From: Octopus vulgaris
Taxonomy: Eukaryota
Direction: 5' to 3'
NCBI GenBank assembly: GCA_951406725.2
Contig: OX597822.1
Span: 116,188,001-116,252,000 of the forward strand
DNA length: 64,000 nt
How positions within the stretch are numbered: the stretch's first letter is position 1; the number at the start of each line of letters is the position of its first letter. Both the position numbers and the translations under genes were made by a program. This document shows positions 53,976-64,000 of this stretch, piece by piece. The notes under the pieces were generated by a model. The model had not been told where the DNA came from. It ran no database searches and saw only the letters and a program-made list of their open reading frames with translations.

Positions 53976-54844
53976 CTACTCCTCTTACTGCTGATGCTGC
54001 TATAGCCGCATAGCCACAGACTAGGTCACTGGATTTACTTCTAATACATTCCAAGCAGTAAAATTAGTTAATTTCATTGGGACTGTCTTTTAACTGCAGT
54101 TAGGTTTTATAGTCTAAAAGCCAGAATGTTTAATGTCCTCCCACCCGCATTTGAGGTGGGGAAATATTACACATGCAAAGTGTGTCAATCAAACAACTTG
54201 GTGATAATTTCATTTATAAGTAACTTTTTTTTTTAAATCTGAAACATTAAACAAAAACATAATGGATATCGTTTTTGTCCTAAAGTAATTACTCATTTTC
54301 ATTTAAATATTTGCTTAAAAATATATTAGCAACCCATTAAAATTGTCTAGAGACACTCATACAAAAATTTGTAAACTCTGTGTGCTTTTAAAAACTTTAT
54401 TCATTCATTGTTGTTTTGTTTTGTTTTTTGCTCCCTCTAGCTCAGAGTTATAAAGGGTAGGAAACATCTACATTCATATATGTAAAATACTTTTACTTTA
54501 ATTTAAATCAACAGAGTAAAACATTAAATTATAAATCTACTCAGTATTCTTTTGTAAGTTATGTTATGCTACAATATCTTATAATAAATGAATCATATTG
54601 TAAAGATATTAAAAATGTGATTAAATATCCATTTACAAATGCTACAGTAAACTTATGAATAATTCATATCAAACATTGTTATTTTAATCCAAAAATATTT
54701 GAATATTTGTTTCCTTTTCCTTCTCTTTCGAAAGAAGTACAGATCTCTCAGTGGAGGACGTTCCAAATAAAATGGAGGTTTTTTACTTCTTTTGTTATAT
54801 TGAAAACAAAACATATGTTTATCTGGTTTTCTTATATTTCTTTT

Positions 54845-54886
54845 ACACACACACACATACACATATACACACACACACATATATAC

Positions 54887-54924
<38 letters not shown>

Positions 54925-54982
54925 TGTATATATATATATATATATACATGTATATATATATACATATATATATATACATACA

Positions 54983-55068
<86 letters not shown>

Positions 55069-55086
55069 CATACATACATATATATG

Positions 55087-55153
<67 letters not shown>

Positions 55154-55241
55154 ACATATACATAGACACAATATATTTATATATATGTATATATAAATAA
55201 AAGTAAGATGCTGTCTCACACACACACACACACACACACAG

Positions 55242-55335
<94 letters not shown>
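54845..55335. repeat. (TA)n/(CA)n microsatellite region
   Basis: Read directly from the sequence. Confidence 0.95.
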
Positions 55336-56689
55336 AATAAATGCAAGATGCTGTCTCACAGAAATAACATTTGAAGTATATGAAAAAGCAATATAATTTC
55401 ACCTCAAACCATAAATTTCAGAGTTCAGAGCATAGCATATAATAGGGGAGAGGAAAAGCATAATTTCTGGGGCTTTTCAAAAAACCATAATAATAAAATC
55501 AAAGCTGAGGCTATTGGAAGCACATATTGTGATTGGCTCCTTCTTATTGAAGGGTTGTAATTTACTAATCTGTGATGAACTGAAGCGGAAAACATCTGGC
55601 AGCAGTTGACAAAGGAGCTTTTATGCGGCAAACACGGCCTTTCCTTTTTGTCCAATCATGGGTATCCAAGCCACCATGTGTAAATAGTCAGCCATCTTAT
55701 GTCATATTGAATGCATGGCTGAAACTGGAACATTCTGGCCCCCTAAATGTGAAGGGTCTGAAGCAAGTTACAGCAAACTAATCAGCTTCATTGGTTTGTT
55801 TTCCATAGACCATTGGGGTGTATATGCACGTGTGAGGGAGACGGAGAGGAAAGAGAGAAAGAGGGGAGGTAAAGCATAATGAGATGGGAGGGATGAGAAT
55901 GAAAGGAACAAACAACTTGCCAAGCAATAGGCATTAAACTGTGGCAGTGGGGGGGGGGGAGCGACAGCGAGACACAACAAAGAAACAACAGTTCACTAAA
56001 TGGTCATTACCATTTTTAAAATGCAATGCACACACTTCTCTCACAGATATATTCAAGTTGCAAATTACAATTTCCTGCTCTGTTTACTATAACAAATAGC
56101 ATCTATTTTGAATATTTTATCTAACCTGGTGATTTCATGGAAAAAGAAACATTAAAAGTATGGTTGTTTACAAAAATAAGAAAAAAACCAAATGAAATAA
56201 ACAAACAATAAAATAGATTAAGCTGAAAACTTGCATAAATATGTGGAAACAAATCAATAAATTATTCTAAAATAGTATACTATGTGTGAGCAAATATGCA
56301 TGCATCCGCATTGTATGTGTAGATGTATGCATTATTATGTAAATTGATATCCGAGTATGTCTTTAAAATTCAGTGCCTATTTCTGCAAATTTATCAGTTA
56401 TAGATCTGTACATATTTGTGTATCTTGTATAAATGTGTAAAAGTAGACTACACTTATGAATCGGTGTACGTTTTAAACTGAAATCGCTTTGTGTGTCCAT
56501 TTGTGTTTGAATTGAAGTTTCTTTTTATATAAATGCGTAAGTAGACACACATGGCTATGTTCATAAATTGGAGCTTGTATGTGTGGAAGCGTGGAAGCAG
56601 AAGTTTTGGTGAATGTGTGAACATGACTGTGTTCTTGCATATGTTTCAGTGTCTCCATGCGAGTCTATAGAGGTGTCTCTGCATATGTG

Positions 56690-56997
56690 CTCATGTGTAT
56701 ATTTTGCTCCTGTGCGTGAGTGCTTCTGAGAGTGTGTGTGTACTCTTGTGTGTGTGCTCCTGTGTGTGTGTGAGTGTGTGTGTCTTCAGTGTGTGCATAT
56801 GTGTGTGTGTGTTCCTGTGTGTGTGTGTGCTCTTGTGTGTGTGCTCCTGTGTGTGTGTGTGAGTGTGTCTTCAGTGTGTGCATATGTGTGTGTTCCTGTG
56901 TGTGTGTGTGCTCTTGTGTGTGTGCTCCTGTGTGTGTGTGTGAGTGTGTCTTCAGTGTGTGCATATATGTGTGTTCCTGTGTGTGTGTGTGCATGCA

Positions 56998-57049
<52 letters not shown>

Positions 57050-57115
57050 TGTGTCTTCAGTGTGTGCATATATGTGTGTTCCTGTGTGTGTGTGTGCATG
57101 CATGTCTGCATGTTC

Positions 57116-57152
<37 letters not shown>

Positions 57153-57218
57153 TGTGTCTTCAGTGTGTGCATATATGTGTGTTCCTGTGTGTGTGTATGC
57201 ATGCATGTCTGCATGTTC

Positions 57219-57256
<38 letters not shown>

Positions 57257-57260
57257 ATGC
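56690..57260. repeat. Higher-order (GT)n-based minisatellite
   Basis: Anchor gtgtgtcttcagtgtgtgcatat recurs five times. Confidence 0.92.
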
Positions 57261-58415
57261 ATCTGGAAGGTGTGTATGAGCGTATAAGTCACTTAATTTA
57301 CATTGTTTACAAACACATGACATGAAGATGCTCGCCGTACACCGTATTCTAAATTAAGGTGAGCATCAGTACATGAATATGTTAGTTCCAGCACAGCACA
57401 GAGCATTTGACAATACCAGACTGCGTAGCATGTTGTGAACCCAGCCCAACGTAGAACAAATTGATATGTTTTAAGATTAAAAGAAAAAGGGAAAACGAAT
57501 TGTTTCACATCGGCAGTCATCTTTAGAAACTCTGTAACTTTGCCTTAAACAAAAGAAAGAACATGAGATATATAAACTGAATAGAGATGCTGTCAGTTTG
57601 GCTTAGAAACCCTTTCAAATGAAAAATAAGAGACAAATGGAAAAAGTGATACAAAAAAAAAATGGGCTTCCTTTGTATGTTCTCTAGTTTTCCTTTTTTT
57701 CATTTTTGTAATTAAAAAACTACTTCAGGCAGAATTAAAAAGAATAAAAATAATTATTTTTGTGGAAACCAAAGTAGAGTTTATAGCATTCAGAAAGTAA
57801 TCATTGAACAAATAAATAAATAATTAAATTAGTAATAAGAAGTAATATCAGCAGCAGCAGTAGCTGCAACCACAACAACAAGAATAAGAAATGAATAACA
57901 AATATAAAATAATGTTAAATAACAAATTAGACTATTGTTTATAAAGGAAATGAAAATATTGAATTAAGAAATGGCAATGTAATATTTAGCAGAGAATTAA
58001 TTGACGAAACAAAAAATAGTTGATAAATAAATAAAATAATATAATTAGTATTAAAACAGAGAAAGAGTGAAAACAAACAGTTGAATGTATGAGAGGAAAG
58101 TGTGAGGAAAGGAGGAGGAGGAGGAGGAGAATGTTTTAAGTAAATAGAAAAAGTAAAGGAATATTTGAACAAGCTTTGCGGCAAGTTTGGAAATAATATC
58201 TTAGAACAAAAACAATGTTTGGGAATTGTTAACATGAACAGACAGAGGTTTTAAAGCAAAGAGTTTTGACAAGGATAAAAAAAAATTAAACTTATTACCA
58301 TCATATACCCCCCCCCCCGCCCAAAAAAGATTCAACTTCTCTGAGATGAGTTTCATACTTTCCTGCTTTATAAATTGCAATATGATGCTTGTGTATTTAG
58401 GTATCATATGGTACA

Positions 58416-58646
58416 AAGGTGGCGTGCTGGCAGAATCATTAGCACGCTGGGCGAAGAGCTTAGTGGTATTTCATCTGCCACTACGTTCTGAGTTCAAATT
58501 CCGCCAAGGTCGACTTTGCCTTTCATCCTGTCGGAGTCGATTAAATAAGTACCAGCTATGCACTGGGGTCGATGTAATCGATTTAATCCATTTGTCTGTC
58601 CTTGTTTGTCCTCTCTGTGTTTAGCCCCTTGTGGGCAATAAAGAAA
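58416..58646 (+). mobile_element. Full-length SINE family A with 18-bp TSD
   Basis: TSD taggtatcatatggtaca at 58398-58415 and 58647-58664. Confidence 0.93.
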
Positions 58647-59129
58647 TAGGTATCATATGGTACAGTGAAAAATGATATTTTTAAATGCAGTTTACACTGA
58701 GACATTCTCTGCATTGTCTACTGACAGACTAGAAAGATTTTAGCCCCTTCCTACAGTATCACTCCCTCCTGAAGTGCCAAGTAGCACTGACCAGTTCCTT
58801 TTGTCCATACTATAGCCTGGTGTTTTTCTCCAGTATGCATGTAGTCACCACAACAAACTAGGTGCAGCTTCAACAACTTCAGCCATACAATGACTATTGT
58901 TTTGTTTATCACTCACAGAGGATATTCATTCTTTGCTCTCAATTTTGGTCTTTCATATATCATGGAAATTCCATATCCATGATGAAAGTGGACTATTTTC
59001 TGTTTCCTTTCTAGTTCATGAACCACTGTTTTGTTAACCTTTTTAAGTCTAATGCCAGCCAGGTAGGACATAAGGGATCTAGCTACAAATCTACAACATG
59101 CCACCACTATCGAAAGCACTTTCCCCTGC

Positions 59130-60772
59130 CATCATCATCATCATTATCCTCATTTACCATCTGTTTTCTATGCTGGTATGGGCTGGATGGTTTGACAGAA
59201 GCTGGCAAGTGGGTTTCACTGTCTGTTGTGGTATGGTTTTTACAGCTGGATGCTCTTCCCGACACCAACCACCTTACCGAGTGAGCTGAGTGCTTTTTAG
59301 GTGGCACCAGCACCATCATCACACCTCACACAGTTCCCCGACTGCTTCATATTTTAGACTCTTCATTACACAGGTGCACTTCATATTGCCTTTCCCAACA
59401 AGCAGAACATTTTTTGTTCTTGCTTTGTCAGGTGAAACCATACCATACGATCAGAGCTTTACTTTGTTATTGCCATACAGCTGGGCAATACAAGGTCTTC
59501 CTTCAAACCCACCTGCATCTCCCAACACTTAGCATCCTGCAAAAGTCCAGGCATTGACTTCCTTTCTTTTTCGCTCCTGCATTGTCCTTCTTTGAGATGT
59601 CAATATTTTGTTTATGCAGGGTAACAAAGTAATATATGCTGATGTGATTAGTCCACATAACTCTATAAGGAGCATAGGGCTGGTTTCCTGGTTTCTCTGG
59701 CGTATATATATATATATGCATATATAGTGAAAGCGGATGGCTCAGTGGTTAGAGCGTTGAGCTTACAATCGTGAGGTTGTGAGTTCAAATCCCAGACTGG
59801 GTTGCATGTTGTGTTCTTGAGCAAGACACTTTATTTCATGTTGCTCCAGTTCACTCAGCTGTAGAAATGAGTTGCGACATCACAGGTGCCAAGCTGTATA
59901 GGCCTTTGCCTTTCCCTTGGATAACACTGGTGGCACAGAGAGGGGAGGCTGGTATGCATGGGAGACTGCTGGTCTTCCATAAAACAACCTTGCTCGGACT
60001 TGTGCCTGGGAGGGTGCAATCCCATGGTCAGTCATGACTGAAGGGGATCTCAGCATATATATATATATAGATGACAAAAGACCAAGACCTCTGGAGATAT
60101 GCTGTGACTGAGAAGACCCAGCAAATAAAGCTGTAGCCTACACCAGTGTTGCATAACCAGCTCACTCAAAAAGTACCTTGGATTGAAGGGCGAAATGCCA
60201 TGCTTGAGGAGACCTAGTGAGTCAAGTACATCAAAATCAAAATCAAATCAAATCAAATCACAATTAATTGGAAATTGTAGTAGTGGTCCTTGTGCCAGTG
60301 GCATGTAAAAAGCACCATCTGAACATGGCCAATGTCAGCGCCGCCTTGACTGGCTTCCATGCCAGTGGCACGTAAAAAGCACCATCTGATCATGGTCGAT
60401 GGCAGCTCCCGCTGGCCCCTGTGCCAGTGGCACATAAAAAAAGGCACCCATTACATTCTCGGTGTGGTTGGCGTTACGAAGGGCATCCAGCTGTAGAAAC
60501 ACTGCCAGATCAGACTGGAGCCTGGTGCAGCCTCCTGGCTTCCCAGACTCCAGTCAATCTGTCCAACCCATGCCAGCATAGAAAACGGAATGATGATATA
60601 TACATTCCTTCCTGGATGAGGTCTGTCACAGGATTACTCATCCAGTGGACTGGAGTAATGTAAAATGAAGTGTTTCGTTCAAGAACACAACACATTGCCT
60701 GGTCCAGGAATCGAAACCAAAATTTTACAGTCCTGAGTCCAACACCTTAACCACTGAACCATGCGCCTTCAC
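59130..60772. mobile_element. Retroelement cluster: family C (-) 59130-59320, SINE D (+) 59727-60052, RTE end/family C (+) 60070-60598, SINE D head (-) 60640-60772
   Basis: tRNA A/B boxes tggctcagtgg / gagttcaaatcc; family motifs as above. Confidence 0.82.
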
Positions 60773-62832
60773 TGTATGCTGATGTAGTAAAAAATGATAC
60801 TAAATAGTCTCAGGCAAAACAAGGTAAACTGTAATATAATACAATGTGTTAGTTTATGTACCAAGCTACATGAAATCCACACAACTTAGCATTTCCAAGT
60901 CAAGTGGGAGTAAAAAATAGTGAAGACACACAACAACAACAACAAAAAATAAATGCATCTTAATTTGGAAAGCAGTCCCTATTAATTTCAGAATATGTAA
61001 ATTCTCTACTACACATTCCGCAATATGTAAGCTCTTACTCTAAATCACATGTGCATTTATGATAATAGGCCCATAGACATGCAAACAAATATTATAGCCA
61101 TGAATTTCTCCAATTTGCAATTACAGAAAATATTTTGCAATTATTTCCATTTAATTTTTTTTTTTAAAGCAAATAATGAATTTTCAAAAAATTTCCCCAA
61201 CTTCTTTTTTTGATGCCATTTAGCCGAAATTTCTCACATTCTTTGTAATCCTTCAGGGAATATATAATATTACATAACGTTAAGATATTTCTTCTTGGAA
61301 ATGACTAAAATGAATTACTGCCAAATAACAGTTGATGAAGCAGAGATATGTGCATGTGCATGATCACATGATCACATGTATATATACAAAGCAAAAAAAA
61401 AAAGAAAGAAAAGAAGAAGAATAGTAAAATAAAATCACATCTGTTATTTATCATGCTGAAATAGATTCAGAATTTCCAAATCTCATGATTTAACTTCAAG
61501 AAACTTGTTTTTTGTTTTCTTTTCTTTTTTTTTTTTGTGTGTGTTTTTATAATTCTTATACAGCCAATATACATACTGTCACATAATCCGTGACAATATG
61601 ACAAGAACAAATTCACATAGTTTCATACATATATTAGAATATCATAGCAGCATTTAATCTTTATAAAGCATTGACAACCTTGCTACAACTCATCTTTAAT
61701 GTGGTATGAATCAGTAGCAGCCAGGCTATTTTAAAACGTAAATAGTATATGAAAATATAAATGTTGTGCCCAAAAGTTTCAAGCTATAATAATCTTTTTT
61801 TCATTAAGAAGCCAGCTATTTTCAGCCTCACTAACCTCATTAGAAAACGAGCCAAATCTGACCATTATGAGTGTCACTGCAATGTTTTTAAATGGTGATC
61901 ATTGGCATTGTATGTGCTTATTCATGCATGAATGCATAGCCACAGCCCATTATTATTCCAGTTTACTTTCATTTTAAAATCCATGCTCTTACAACTCTAT
62001 GCCTCATTATCATTTTATTGTATCATATCATAAAAACTTCCCAGCATAACCTACTTTTTTTTTTTTGTAAATTTGTGTTCCTGCATGATTACCCAAGCAT
62101 ACCATTTTAGGAAAAGATACATTAAATAATAGATATATTGCTAACGCTTGCTTCTGTTTGCTTGCTGCAGCTAGTGCTCTTGTTTTGATGGGGGTGAGCT
62201 CATCTCAAGTTAGTGGTCCCAGAGACATCATGTGTAGAGCCAACCTGGTCCACCAGTGCTCTCTACTGCTGGCGGTCCCATGCCAGCCTCTCAACAACCA
62301 GCTGGGTACAATACACTCAAAAGACAAAAATGATGGTACCATCAGGTCAGGAATGCCTAAGATCATTGATCTGTTCAATCAAGGCCGACTTGGTGGTAAA
62401 CAACAATTTCTAAATGCCTTATAAATCACATAGAGGGGCACATAGTTCTTCATTTATTCAACAAAGACATACATTAAGCAAAATTTAAGAAATAGTTATT
62501 ATAAATCTCAAACAATGCCCTTATTAACTATCATAGAAACAAAAAAGGAATTAAATGAGTTGCAATGTCAACACAGCCAAATACAGATGTCATCATTATA
62601 AAAAATCATTTATACAATATCAGACTTGATGAGTTTAACACTAAAACAACTTTCAAACCAGTCTTGTCATGCGAGCTGTTATAAAAACCACAGATTCAGT
62701 AACAAGATGGATCAACACTATTGAGAGCATTCATCCAAAGTGTCTGTGCTGTTTAATCTTTACCCAGCAGAAGACTTGAGCACTGCAAGCTAATCAAATA
62801 CTTATTCACTGTACAGTCATCTCAATCCTTAA

Positions 62833-63053
62833 CCCTAGAGCATTCAGATTATTCTGGCATATGTAATGATTATTTATTCCTGTTGTTTCTGAATTTATCC
62901 TGCGTTATCTCATTGCTTTGAGGTTACGGTTATGTGACTGTTTATTTTGAGACCAACACTGTAGGGTAGATGTGAAAGGCTGGATCTGGTCAGCTTAAGC
63001 ATAGAACAGGAAGAATATTTTGGCCTGATATGGCTGGTTTAAATGCTAAAGGG
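62833..63053. mobile_element. piggyBac-type MITE (opposite orientation to 38073-38292)
   Basis: ttaa|ccctagagcatt ... aatgctaaaggg|tttaa. Confidence 0.8.
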
Positions 63054-63224
63054 TTTAACTGATTGAGCTACACCTACTTATGGTATCTTGTAAAGAGCCA
63101 AACGGATTGGTCTATGCTTGGCCTTAGTCAAAAGAGTAACACCAAAGGCACAGTACAAGCAATTTACATTCTGAGTAGCTTTATCTAACAATATATCAAA
63201 GCAGTGACAAAAGGGTTGCTTCAC

Positions 63225-63300
63225 TATCATCACCACAACTACTACCACTACTATTACTACTACCACCACTACTACTACTGCTACTACCACTACTACTGCT
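63225..63300. repeat. (ACT)/(ACC) microsatellite
   Basis: Read directly from the sequence. Confidence 0.85.
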
Positions 63301-63479
63301 CTACCTAGTGTCAAGATTCTCACCACCTGATATTCAATGCTTAAATCTCCTTCTCTTCAATCTAGTCGTATGTCTTCCATTCCCGTTCTATTCGTTTGCC
63401 AGAGTTGATTTAATATTCTTGGCTTTGGTTTGGAACTTTGAAACTTTCTGCCATTGACTTTTTCAAATTATCTCTGATC

Positions 63480-63815
63480 CCTTATCTTTTACTCGTTTCA
63501 GTCATTAGGCTGCGGCCATGCTGGGGCTCTGCCTTGAGGAATTTTAATCAAACAAATCAACCCCAGTACTTATTATTTTTTTTTTAAGCCTGGTACTTTA
63601 TCAGTCTCCTTTGCTGAACCACTAATGTTACAGGGACATAAACTCAGCTGTCAAGTGATGGTGGGGGGTGTGGGCAAACACAGACACAAAGACACACACA
63701 CACACATATCCGACAGTTTTCTTTTAGTTTCCATCAATCAAATGCACTCACAAAGTTTTGGTCAGACCAAGGCTATAGCAGAAGTCCCTGGCCTAAGCTG
63801 CCACACCTGTGCCTA
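63480..63815 (-). mobile_element. SINE family B
   Basis: gtttcagtcattaggctgcggccatgctgggg ... aaggctatagcagaag. Confidence 0.8.
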
Positions 63816-64000
63816 CCTAGCTTTTTCCTTGTTCTTTTCTTTATTTCGTTTTTTTAAGAGTCCTTTTTTTCGTTGATGTTTTATAACTTCAGAGGAATAA
63901 ACACATAAAAAAATATAAGACAAAATTTTTCAGTCTGCTTTTTCAAGTGGGAATTTATTAATGTGGCTAATCCCATGTATGTTAACCCTAACCCTTTTCT

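Overview
Eukaryotic, AT-rich, repeat-saturated genomic DNA. The tRNA-headed SINE families, RTE/CR1 LINEs and long (AAT)n/(AT)n/(AC)n arrays look like an octopus (coleoid cephalopod) genome; this is recognition, not a database result. I can support no intact host protein-coding gene: nearly all ORFs in the track are microsatellite or transposon translations. Content: a young CR1-clade LINE 3' end, many decayed RTE LINE pieces (one ending in three C2H2 fingers), dozens of SINEs (several with clean TSDs), a deleted mariner, and hAT and piggyBac MITEs. Three candidate non-coding exons on the minus strand suggest a lncRNA or UTR/intron context. Most interesting: (1) a near-complete minimal HDV-like ribozyme fold at 23392-23450; (2) a ~630-bp inverted copy of a putative exon with both splice sites, inserted with a 10-bp duplication into a retroelement 2.7 kb away and bracketing another exon; (3) several hairpin-dense unique islands; (4) decayed ribozyme-bearing retroelement ends. 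Coordinates of decayed repeats are approximate; all alignments and foldings were done by eye.
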